64,000 bases of DNA from an uncultured Acidobacteriota bacterium (lineage in GTDB: Bacteria > Acidobacteriota > Thermoanaerobaculia > Multivoradales > JBCCEF01): NCBI GenBank assembly GCA_963730155.1, contig CAVSQV010000002.1:960944-1024943 (forward strand), in the 5' to 3' direction. The number at the start of each line of letters is the position of its first letter. The first letter of the stretch is position 1. The translations under genes were made by a program, and so were the position numbers. The notes beneath the pieces were generated by a model. It saw only the letters and a program-made list of their open reading frames with translations. It was not told where the DNA came from and searched no databases. Shown here in pieces: positions 8,455 to 16,240 of the stretch.

Positions 8455-10010
8455 GCCGCCAGGCCGAGCCCCGCGAAGGTCCGGTCGGCCTCGCCGAGCC
8501 TGGCGGCGGCGAGGTCGCGATCGCCCGCGGCGTGGGCCAGGCGGGCGAGGTCGAGCCGGGTCCAGGCGAGCTGGAACGGCGCCTCGATCGAGGCGAAGGT
8601 CGCCTCGGCCTCGCCCAGGCGCGCGGCGGCCTCGTCGCGGTCGCCGCCCGCCAGCGCAATCCGTCCCAGGGCGCGCAGCGCCAGCCCGGCGCCGTACGGG
8701 AAGCCGGCCTCGCGGGCGATCTCGTGCCCCTCGGTCCCGGCCTCGCGGGCCTCCTCGGGGCTGCCGGCGGCGAGGTGAGCCTCGGCGAGGAAGGCCGCGA
8801 ACCAGGCCTGGAGCTGCCGCATGCCGGTGCCGGCGAGGCGTGCGCCGGCCTCGCGCAGGGAGCCGATCGCCGCCCGGGCGTCGCCCTGGGCAAGGTAGGC
8901 GAAACCGAGGAATCCGGTCGCGACGGCGGTGTTGAGTGGATCCCTCGAGCGCTCGACGCCGCGCCGGCAGAACTCGACCGCCTCGTCGAGCCTCCCCTCG
9001 CAGGCGTGGAGATGGCCGATGCTCCACGAGGCGTCGAGGCGGTAGTCGTCGAGCGCCTCACCGATCGCGCAGGCGCGGTGGAACGCCCCGAGCGCCTGCT
9101 CGAGCTGGCCGAGGGCGAAGTGGTGGAAGCCGGCCACCCAGTAGGCCTGCCCCTGCCACCAGGGCTCGGCGCTACGCTCGAGCAGGACCACCGCGCGCAG
9201 GCTCTGCTCGAGCCCGGCCGATCCCTGCCCGGTCCAGAAGGCGACCCGGCCGAGGACGTAGCGGGCCTTGCCCTCGGTGGCCTCGTCGCCGCCCTGCTGC
9301 GCCGCCGCGATCGCGGCCTCGGCGTGCTCGCGCGCCGCCTCGGAGTTGCCGAGGTAGCTGTGGGTGTGGGCGAGCCAGAAGTGGTAGCGAGCGACCAGCG
9401 AGGGCTCGCCGATCCCCTCAAGGTGCTCGCGGTGACGCTCGAACACCTCCAGCGTCGCGGGCAGGCGCGCGAGCGGCAGGAGCGAGTCGGCGAGCTGGAG
9501 CAGGATCTCGACCACCCGCCGGTCGCGCCCCTCCGCGGGCAGGGCGCGGGCGTGCTCGAGCGCCTCGGACAGCGCCTTGGCCGCCTCGGCGTGGGCATAG
9601 CCGGCGGCGGCCCGGGCCGCGAACAGGCTCAGGTAGTGGACGGTCTTGCCGGGGTCGCCGGCACGGGGGTAGTGGTAGGCGAGGCGGTCGTAGACCTCCT
9701 CCAGGCGCCCGGCGTGGAGCGCCTCGAGGGCCGCCGCGGCCTGGGCGTGGAGCGCCCGCCGGCGGCTCTTGAGCAGGCTCTCGTAGGCCACCGTCTGGAT
9801 CAGCGAGTGCTTGAAGGTGTAGAGCTCGCGGTCGACCTCCGGCGCGCTGTAGAGGAGCTCGCGATGCTGGAGGTCGGCAAGGAGCGGCGGCAGCGGCTCG
9901 CCGCGGTCCCAGATCCGATCGAGCAGATCCACCGACAGCTCGCGCCCGAGCACCGAGGCGAGCTGGAGCAGGTGCTTCTGGGCCTCCGGCAGGCGGTCGA
10001 TGCGCGCCAT
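8385..10010 (-). CDS. Same regulator, C-terminal part: TPR-rich STAND-like domain
   Basis: Begins MARIDRLPEAQKHLLQLASVLGRE. In another frame just upstream, DADPATVQGVLMARIDRL joins it to the 10010..11608 ORF, so one indel near 10040-10060 splits a single protein of about 1070 aa. Repeated TPR-like helices follow (YLGNSEAAREHAEAAIA..., AQGDARAAIGSLREA...). Confidence 0.75.
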   Translation of the reverse strand: MARIDRLPEAQKHLLQLASVLGRELSVDLLDRIWDRGEPLPPLLADLQHRELLYSAPEVDRELYTFKHSLIQTVAYESLLKSRRRALHAQAAAALEALHAGRLEEVYDRLAYHYPRAGDPGKTVHYLSLFAARAAAGYAHAEAAKALSEALEHARALPAEGRDRRVVEILLQLADSLLPLARLPATLEVFERHREHLEGIGEPSLVARYHFWLAHTHSYLGNSEAAREHAEAAIAAAQQGGDEATEGKARYVLGRVAFWTGQGSAGLEQSLRAVVLLERSAEPWWQGQAYWVAGFHHFALGQLEQALGAFHRACAIGEALDDYRLDASWSIGHLHACEGRLDEAVEFCRRGVERSRDPLNTAVATGFLGFAYLAQGDARAAIGSLREAGARLAGTGMRQLQAWFAAFLAEAHLAAGSPEEAREAGTEGHEIAREAGFPYGAGLALRALGRIALAGGDRDEAAARLGEAEATFASIEAPFQLAWTRLDLARLAHAAGDRDLAAARLGEADRTFAGLGLAAQRGQVAELAGALGLPAPVAAAP

Positions 10011-11608
10011 CAGGACCCCCTGGACGGTGGCCGGATCGGCGTCTCCGACGGCAGCCCGGAATCGTCGCCGAGGGCGCGGGCCAGCTCCTCGAGGAAGAAC
10101 GGGTTGCCCTCGGCGCGCTCGACGATCCCGCGTACTGTCTCGGCGCCGACCTCGCGCCCGCGCAGGGCGGCGTTGACCACCGCCTCGCTGTCGGCGGGCG
10201 ACAGGCGGCGCATGACGATTTGGCTGGCGTAGGACTTCTGCAGCCAGCGCGGCTGGTAGCCCGAGCGGTAGGTGAGCAGCAGGAGCGCCCGCGCGCCGCC
10301 GATCTCCTCGATCAGCGACTCGAGGAACTCCTGCGAGGTCTCATCGATCCAGTGCAGGTCTTCGAGCTCCATCACCACCAGATTGCGGCGGCTGGCGGCC
10401 AGGACCATGCGGCGCATGGCGGCGAAGACGCTCGCCTGGAGCGCCCGCGGATCGCCTAGGTCGCCGCCGGCGGCGTCGCGGTGGCCGAGCAGGTGGAGCA
10501 ATGGCCCGAGGTGCTCCTCGTCCCCGAGCCCGACCGCCGCCAGGCTCGCGCGCAGCCGCTCGGCGGCGGTCTCGGCGTTGTCGCTCTCGTCTATCCTCGA
10601 GGCCCGGCGGACCATCCCGATGAACGGGAAGTAGGGGATGCCGCTGGCGTAGGACAGGCAGTGGCCGCGCAGGCGGCTGCCGGGCCGGTCGTGCAGGGTC
10701 CGAGAGAGTTCGATCAGCAGCCGCGACTTGCCCGCTCCGGCCTCGCCCGCGATCCCTGCCACCTGCCCGTGGCCGGCCTCGGCCTGGCCGCGCAGCTCCT
10801 CGAGTACCGCCATCTCGCGGGCACGGCCGACGAACGGGCTCAGCTCTTGCCCCCGGGGCCTCGCGGGTGCGCCGAGGGAGCGGGCGGTGCTGAGCACGCG
10901 CCAGACCGGCTCGGCGCCGGCATCGCCCTCCGGCAGCGGCCCCAGCGACTCCAGCTCCAGCTCCGGCTCGACCAGCGCCGCGATCTCGGCTCCGGCCAGG
11001 ATCCAGCCCGGTTGCGCGAGGTCCACCAAGCGGCGGGCGCGGTCGGCGGCCGGACCGACGATGGCGCCCGCCGGCCCGCCGATGATCACGCTTCCGCTCG
11101 CGAGCCCGATCCGGGCCTCGACGCTGGGCCCCTCGTCCTCCGACTCGCGGAGTCTGCGCGTGAGTTGGAGGGCGGCCAGGGCGGCTCGTTGCGGGTGGTC
11201 CTCGGCGGCGACCGGGGCGCCGAACAGGGCCAAAAAACCGCGACCGAGGAGCTGGGTCACAGTACCGCCGAAGCGCTCGACCTGCTCGCGTGCAACGTGC
11301 ACGAACTGGTTGAGCAGAGCGTGGAGGTCCTCCGCCTCGGCGTCGCCGGAGGTCGGGGTCATCAGCTCGCCGAGCAGGATGGTGATCTGCTTGATCTCAC
11401 CCTCTCGCGCCGCCGGACCGGGCGCGGCGCTCGCCTGCACGGCCGGATCGGGCGCGGCCAGCTCGGCGCCGCAGGAGCCGCAGAAGCGCGCGCCCGACAC
11501 CGCCGCCGCGCCGCAGCGGGGGCAGGCGGAGTCCAGCGGGGTTCCGCATCGCATGCAGAACCGGGCTTGCGGGGGACTCTCAAGGTCACAGCGCGAGCAA
11601 ACCATCAT
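10010..11608 (-). CDS. Signal-transduction regulator, N-terminal part: double zinc ribbon + adenylate/guanylate-cyclase-like domain + AAA/P-loop
   Basis: MMVCSRCDLESPPQARFCMRCGTPLDSACPRCGAAAVSGARFCGSCG (4 CxxC pairs). Cyclase-like GEIKQITILLGELM...RFGGTVTQLLGRGFLALFGAP. P-loop GIAGEAGAGKSRL. Ends in an out-of-frame tail; continues in 8385..10010. Confidence 0.8.
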   Translation of the reverse strand: MMVCSRCDLESPPQARFCMRCGTPLDSACPRCGAAAVSGARFCGSCGAELAAPDPAVQASAAPGPAAREGEIKQITILLGELMTPTSGDAEAEDLHALLNQFVHVAREQVERFGGTVTQLLGRGFLALFGAPVAAEDHPQRAALAALQLTRRLRESEDEGPSVEARIGLASGSVIIGGPAGAIVGPAADRARRLVDLAQPGWILAGAEIAALVEPELELESLGPLPEGDAGAEPVWRVLSTARSLGAPARPRGQELSPFVGRAREMAVLEELRGQAEAGHGQVAGIAGEAGAGKSRLLIELSRTLHDRPGSRLRGHCLSYASGIPYFPFIGMVRRASRIDESDNAETAAERLRASLAAVGLGDEEHLGPLLHLLGHRDAAGGDLGDPRALQASVFAAMRRMVLAASRRNLVVMELEDLHWIDETSQEFLESLIEEIGGARALLLLTYRSGYQPRWLQKSYASQIVMRRLSPADSEAVVNAALRGREVGAETVRGIVERAEGNPFFLEELARALGDDSGLPSETPIRPPSRGS

Positions 11609-11755
11609 AGGGGGCCTCGGCGGAAGTCTAGCGCTATCGAGTTCCCTGCTGAAGCATACATACGCATAACCGTGTATGAGTCGATTTGCATTCTGGACTC
11701 AAATGAGTTAAGCTTGGCTTTGTCGGCCTTGACTGCTCGCAACCAGCGTTCTCGG

Positions 11756-11950
11756 ATGGCTGAGTACCCCGATCCCGTCATGACCGCCAGCATCAACTGC
11801 AACCGGCGCCTCAACCGTCTGGTGCAGGTCTCCGTCCGCCACCGGCAGGCAGCTCCGTCCACCTGGTCCTTCCGCTACGGCAAGTGCGGCGAGCACCTGA
11901 AGATCCGCGTGCGCGGTCCGCCGGAGATGACGACATTGAGCAGCTATTGA
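11756..11950 (+). pseudogene. 64-codon fragment resembling the start of a SpaB_C / thiopeptide-type bacteriocin biosynthesis domain
   Basis: ATG at 11756 to TGA at 11948-11950 (tail of track ORF 10481..11950). In MAEYPDPVMTASINCNRRLNRLVQVSVRHRQAAPSTWSFRYGKCGEHLKIRVRGPPEMTTLSSY, the W.FRY....HLKIRVRG block resembles the WFF(I)RY..PHLRLR motif near the N-terminus of lanthipeptide-dehydratase C-terminal-type domains. It is far too short to be functional. Lies in lower-GC DNA. Confidence 0.3.
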
Positions 11951-11975
11951 CAAAACCAGTGGCGACTGTTAGACC
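11947..11975 (+). promoter_or_regulatory. Candidate sigma70-type promoter for the precursor operon
   Basis: Consensus TTGACA at 11947-11952, 17-nt spacer, weak -10 TAGACC at 11970-11975, about 50 nt upstream of the precursor ATG. Sits in the only lower-GC intergenic stretch of the locus. Pattern match only. Confidence 0.25.
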
Positions 11976-12026
11976 GTAAGCAGACTGTGTCAGAACCACA
12001 GAACCTCAACCCGACAGGAGGGCCCC

Positions 12027-12182
12027 ATGGCTGAAAACACCCCCAAGACCAAGGAAGAAATGGAGGAGCGCCTCGAAGATCTGCAGCTCGATCCGGAAGA
12101 CCTCGACGCCGTGGCCGGTGGCGCGACCTGCCAGACCTGCTACAGCTCGTACCAGCCCAAGGACGTGGAGGTCGAGTCCTGA
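12027..12182 (+). CDS. Double-glycine-leader RiPP precursor peptide (51 aa, not in ORF track)
   Basis: AGGAGG at 12016-12021, ATG at 12027, TGA at 12180-12182. Translation MAENTPKTKEEMEERLEDLQLDPEDLDAVAGGATCQTCYSSYQPKDVEVES: acidic leader ending DLDAVAGG (compare ELDEVAGG in the 7065 precursor). 19-aa core ATCQTCYSSYQPKDVEVES is rich in Cys/Ser/Thr/Tyr. Lies immediately upstream of the modification genes. Confidence 0.7.
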   Translation: MAENTPKTKEEMEERLEDLQLDPEDLDAVAGGATCQTCYSSYQPKDVEVES

Positions 12183-12226
12183 GCTGACATGCCGGCAGGG
12201 CTGCGCTCACCGCGCTCGCCCTTCCA

Positions 12227-12261
12227 GTGCGGCTTCCTGGCTGATTGCCAGGAAGCCGCAC
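12227..12261 (+). terminator. Perfect 15-bp stem-loop between precursor gene and enzyme genes (attenuator / transcript-stabilising hairpin)
   Basis: GTGCGGCTTCCTGGC (12227-12241), loop TGATT, GCCAGGAAGCCGCAC (12247-12261): exact reverse complements, 45 nt after the precursor stop. No U-tract follows, so it is not a canonical intrinsic terminator. Confidence 0.5.
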
Positions 12262-12307
12262 CGGAAGCCGAACGTCTCACTTCTGGTTAGAGAGGGCCCA
12301 GACCGTC

Positions 12308-13870
12308 GTGTACGTCGACCCCGTCAACGACAGCGTTGAACGTGCGTGGACTCACAATGTTCCTTTCGGTGACTGCCGGTACATCCGTCAACGGGTGATC
12401 GACAGCGTCAGCCGGCGGCTCGATCTTGCACAGCGCTTGTTCCCCCAGGCGACGCCTGTTCTGGAGCGACTCCGATCTCTGGATGACGCGACCGCCGCTC
12501 GTGTGCTTGAGCACCCGTTCCTGCGCTCCGTGGTGCTTGCCGCAATCCGGCACCTGAAACACCCGTGGGAAACCCTTACACACGAGCAAGTCGAGCAGTA
12601 CCTCGAACAGCTCGGGATCCTGCTCGCCGAAGGCTGGAGAGGCGGGAAGCTCTACTCGCTCTCCCTGCTGCTGGAAGAAGAGGATGACGAGGGTGCGGCC
12701 CGACACAAGCTCTGGCAGTGGACTGGCGAACAGGGAGATCGGACGCTCACGGGTATTACCCCCACGGTCTTCCTGAAGAACAGCCCCAACTGCGTCTTTC
12801 ATCGTCCCACCGAGGAGGAGGCCGGGAACCTCCGCCAGGGGATTGCGCTTCTCCGGGAGCTCTTCCCTCTCCTGGCGCCCAGCGTCCTGCGTCATGTCGA
12901 TGTCATCGCACTCGTCAGTGCCAAGCCCGCTCGCGGCGAGGCCAGGCTTCCCGACGGCAACCCCCTCACTACCGATCCGCTCCTCTCCTCTACCGCCGAT
13001 ACATCGCCCGGGGTGGTCTTCGTCAGCCCCAGTGTGCTGACCAACCCCTGGTATATCGCGGAAATCATCCTGCACGAGGGCCTTCATTCGAAGCTGTATG
13101 ACGTGATGGCGACACACAACCTGCTTCGGCCGAACTACACGAATGAAGAGTCTGCCCAGATCCACCCGCTGTGGCACAGATCTTCCGTATCGTGGGATGT
13201 GCACCGCTCCCTCTTCGCCATGCACGTCTATGCCCACCTCGCCCTGTTCTTCCAGCGGGTGGCCAGGAACTTCGATGCGCTGGCACCACGCTTCGGACCT
13301 CTCCATGTCATCGATGCACGGCTGTCGATGCGCCGCTCGCTCGATCGAGCGCACTTCCTCGGAATGAAGCTGGCGGAGGTCGGCACCCGGGACCTGGGAG
13401 CCGCTGGCCAGCTCCTGCTTGCGCAGCTTCAGGAGATGCTGCTGGTGCTCGATGGCGCGTACGGAGAGGATGCTTCCGTGAATGCCGCGCCCAGGCCCGA
13501 AGAGGTGGCTCAGCGACTCGTCGGGGACCTGTATGCTCGACAGACCCTGGCGCTGGAGCGCGTCCTCGCCCACTGGCGCACGATCTCCTCGCACCCCCAG
13601 GGCGCCGGCATCCCCGCCCTCCTCACCGAAGTCGCCCAACTGGACGCCGCGCTCGTTGGGCAGGATGCGGCCATACCGCCGATCTCCGCTGAGGTCAAGG
13701 ACACGCTGAGAGTACTCATCGACCTCCGGAAGCAGGTGGCCCATCGGTTTATGAACGGGGGGGCATCGCCCAGCCGCTCGGAGATCAGCCTCGACACCCT
13801 GATGGACTCCGCCGACCGCTCGGGAAGCCTGTTCGCTCGAGCCAACATCACGATCGAACTCGACCCCTGA
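12308..13870 (+). CDS. HExxH-motif domain protein 1 (TIGR04267-like; candidate peptide-modifying metalloenzyme)
   Basis: Track ORF 12245..13870. The TTG at 12245 lies inside the hairpin, so GTG at 12308 is preferred. Motifs: VPFGDCRYIRQR, LLRELFPLLAP, NPWYIAEIILHEGLHSKLYD (HExxH), HPLWH, HVYAHLALFF. Paralogous to the next gene. Confidence 0.8.
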   Translation: MYVDPVNDSVERAWTHNVPFGDCRYIRQRVIDSVSRRLDLAQRLFPQATPVLERLRSLDDATAARVLEHPFLRSVVLAAIRHLKHPWETLTHEQVEQYLEQLGILLAEGWRGGKLYSLSLLLEEEDDEGAARHKLWQWTGEQGDRTLTGITPTVFLKNSPNCVFHRPTEEEAGNLRQGIALLRELFPLLAPSVLRHVDVIALVSAKPARGEARLPDGNPLTTDPLLSSTADTSPGVVFVSPSVLTNPWYIAEIILHEGLHSKLYDVMATHNLLRPNYTNEESAQIHPLWHRSSVSWDVHRSLFAMHVYAHLALFFQRVARNFDALAPRFGPLHVIDARLSMRRSLDRAHFLGMKLAEVGTRDLGAAGQLLLAQLQEMLLVLDGAYGEDASVNAAPRPEEVAQRLVGDLYARQTLALERVLAHWRTISSHPQGAGIPALLTEVAQLDAALVGQDAAIPPISAEVKDTLRVLIDLRKQVAHRFMNGGASPSRSEISLDTLMDSADRSGSLFARANITIELDP

Positions 13871-13880
13871 GGATTGTCTC

Positions 13881-15002
13881 TTGACGAGCTACGCCGAGAC
13901 ACAGACAGCATGGCTATCTGCGGAGAAGCAGCTGGCTCAGGACGTGCCGTTTGGCTCCGCCGACTACATCCGCGAGCGAGCTGCCGCGAGCTACCACCGT
14001 CGCCTGGAGTTGCTGGGCGAGCACCTACCCGCGGCCGAGCGGTTCGCCGAGGCGCTCGGCCCCGCCGCGAGCAGCGACTCCATCCAGGTCTTTGCGGATC
14101 CGGTCGTCCGGGGTTCCATCGACGATCTTCTTCGGGCCTTCAGGTTCGCCGGAGAGCGGAAGCCCAATGACGACCAGCTCGAGCTCTTCGCGTACTACAG
14201 CGCGCGTCTCGACGAGCTGAAGCGCGATGCCGCGGACACCGCTGACAGCTTTCGACAGGAGCTCCTCGACCGGCCGATTCGATATTGGTCCGATGCGAGC
14301 GCCCGGACGGTCCGTGACCGCGCCTTCGCTGCGATGTTGCGGCGGCACCTGCCGGGGGCGCGCGTCTACGAGGCGGAGGCGGAGACGGAGGCCGCCATCA
14401 GCCAAGGCTTGGCGCTCCTCCAGGAGCTGCTGCCGCTGGCTGCACACAGCGCCGTGTCTCATCTTCACTTCGTCATAGTCGACGAGTTCTACGACAAGGT
14501 GGGTTCCGCGACGATCGCCCCCATTCTCGGGACGATCTTTCTGGCTCGAAGCACGCTACGGAGCCCCTGGACCATCGCGGAGGGCATCCTCCACGAGTGC
14601 ATGCACCTCAAGTTCGTGGAGCTTGAGCATACGCATTCGCTCCTGCCCCGGGGTTACTCCGAGCAGGCCTCTCCTCGTCTTCATCCGCCCTGGCACCCCG
14701 AGACGGAGGCCTGGCCGATGAACCGGGCGCTCACGGCGGCCCATGTCTACGTCACCCTCGCCCTGTACTCGGTGGCCTCCGAAGCAGCGGCGCCGGAGTT
14801 TCAGGCGCGCTATGGTCCGTGCCGGCGTTCGCAGCTTCTCGTTGATCCGATCGCTGCCGGCGCACGCGCGCGCAGTCTCATCGACCTCGCGTCGGGGCAC
14901 CCCGAGAGCCTGGGCAAGGCAGGGCGGGCGTTCCTCGAATGGATGAGGGATGTCCTTGAGAAGCTGGCGGCAGGGCCCACCGTGCTGCGCAAGGCTGTCT
15001 GA
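13881..15002 (+). CDS. HExxH-motif domain protein 2 (paralog of the preceding gene)
   Basis: TTG at 13881, 7 nt after GAGGA (13869-13873). 373 aa. Motifs: VPFGSADYIRER, LLQELLPLAAH, SPWTIAEGILHECMHLKFVE (HExxH), HPPWH, HVYVTLALYS. Collinear with protein 1 but lacks its C-terminal extension of about 150 aa. Confidence 0.8.
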   Translation: MTSYAETQTAWLSAEKQLAQDVPFGSADYIRERAAASYHRRLELLGEHLPAAERFAEALGPAASSDSIQVFADPVVRGSIDDLLRAFRFAGERKPNDDQLELFAYYSARLDELKRDAADTADSFRQELLDRPIRYWSDASARTVRDRAFAAMLRRHLPGARVYEAEAETEAAISQGLALLQELLPLAAHSAVSHLHFVIVDEFYDKVGSATIAPILGTIFLARSTLRSPWTIAEGILHECMHLKFVELEHTHSLLPRGYSEQASPRLHPPWHPETEAWPMNRALTAAHVYVTLALYSVASEAAAPEFQARYGPCRRSQLLVDPIAAGARARSLIDLASGHPESLGKAGRAFLEWMRDVLEKLAAGPTVLRKAV

Positions 15003-15006
15003 GACC

Positions 15007-16155
15007 TTGCCCGTACACGAGCTGCCGGCGGTGCCCCCTGCCGAAACAGCCGCGCCCATTCCCGGCCGCGCCACGGCAGCCGCAACAGCCGAGTACGCCC
15101 GGCGTCTTCAACGGGTCGCTCGTCCTGAGCACTTCCGCGACGTCCATGGCTTGACGGTCTCGTCGATCGGCATCGGCACCTTCCTGGGTCCCGCGACCAG
15201 CGAGGCCGATGCAACCTACCGCAGCGCCATCGCTCGAGCCATCGAGCTCGGGTGCAATCTCATCGACACGGCGATCAACTACCGCCACCAGCGCGGCGAG
15301 CGGTGCGTCGGCGCGGCGGTGCGCGCTGCCTGTGAAGACGCCACCCGGCGCAGTGAGCTCGTCGTCTCGACCAAGGCCGGCTACCTGCCGTTCGACGGAG
15401 AGATGCCTCAGGACGCGAACCGATACCTGCACGAGCAGTACGGGGAGCGCTTGCAGCTCGCGCCCGACGAGATCGTCGAGGGTCACTGCATCGCTCCCGC
15501 ATTCCTGCGGGACCAGATTGCCAAGAGTCGCGTCAACCTCGGGCTTGAGACCCTCGACGTCTTTTACCTGCACAACCCCGAAGAGCAGCTCCGTTTCGTC
15601 GATCGGGCGATCTTCGAGCGCCGACTGCGCGCCGCCATGGCCACCCTCGAGGAGTCCTGCCGGCAGGGGCACGTCGCCAGCTATGGCCTGGCGACCTGGA
15701 CTGCCTTTCGCGAGAGTACGGAGCACCCGCAGTACCTGTCACTCGACGAGGTCGTCCGGTGGGCGGCCGAGGTGGGGGGGCCGCAGCATCACTTCCGCTT
15801 TCTTCAACTGCCGTTGAACCTGAAGGCACTTGAGCCCTGTATGCTCGCCAACCAGTGGCACGATGGCCGGTGGTGCACTCTGCTTCAAGTCGCGCAGGCC
15901 CATGGCATTTACATCGTCACCTCCGCCCCTCTGTTGCAGGGGCGCATCCTCGGTCGGCTGCCCCTGCCCATCAAGGAGGCCTTCGCCACGCTGTCCAGCG
16001 ATGTGCAGCGCACCGTGCAGTTCGTGCGCTCGATACCCGGAGTCGGCAGCGTGCTGGTGGGAATGAGTCGTCCCCAGCACGTGGAGGAGAACCTGGCGCT
16101 GGCGGGTTTCGCCCCGGACACCGCCGCCGTGCAGCAAGTGTTCCGGCGCAGCTGA
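15007..16155 (+). CDS. Aldo/keto reductase family oxidoreductase
   Basis: Track ORF 14950..16155. TTG at 15007 is 5 nt after the upstream stop; the ATG at 14950 would overlap by 53 nt, so the start is uncertain. AKR pattern GLTVSSIGIGTFLG...AIELGCNLIDTAINYRHQRGERCVG...VVSTKAGY...LDVFYLHNP. Confidence 0.8.
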   Translation: MPVHELPAVPPAETAAPIPGRATAAATAEYARRLQRVARPEHFRDVHGLTVSSIGIGTFLGPATSEADATYRSAIARAIELGCNLIDTAINYRHQRGERCVGAAVRAACEDATRRSELVVSTKAGYLPFDGEMPQDANRYLHEQYGERLQLAPDEIVEGHCIAPAFLRDQIAKSRVNLGLETLDVFYLHNPEEQLRFVDRAIFERRLRAAMATLEESCRQGHVASYGLATWTAFRESTEHPQYLSLDEVVRWAAEVGGPQHHFRFLQLPLNLKALEPCMLANQWHDGRWCTLLQVAQAHGIYIVTSAPLLQGRILGRLPLPIKEAFATLSSDVQRTVQFVRSIPGVGSVLVGMSRPQHVEENLALAGFAPDTAAVQQVFRRS

Positions 16156-16240
16156 CACACGACGGGCGGGGGGCGCTCTACCGTTGAGCGCCAGCGTGTG
16201 GGCACTCATCGGGCGCTCGGCTAGGAGCCCTGGATTCTTC

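Noticed and set aside
7195-10232. Very long track ORFs overlapping real genes in other frames or on the other strand (7195..9027 minus, 610 aa; 7455..10232 plus, 925 aa). Similar cases: 24359..26725 minus, 27959..30286 plus, 31038..33692 plus, 36432..38309 minus, 44606..47152 minus, 18744..20474 plus.
   Set aside because: Their translations are monotonous Arg/Pro/Gly/Ala strings with no motifs. They are the shadow ORFs expected in DNA of about 70% GC, where stop codons are rare. In each case another frame or strand gives a recognisable protein.
12245-12307. Track-predicted TTG start at 12245 for the first HExxH protein.
   Set aside because: It lies inside the 15-bp hairpin. The encoded N-terminus (MPGSRTGSRTSHFWLERAQT) has no counterpart in the paralog. 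The alignment with HExxH protein 2 begins near VPFGD, so the GTG at 12308 is preferred.
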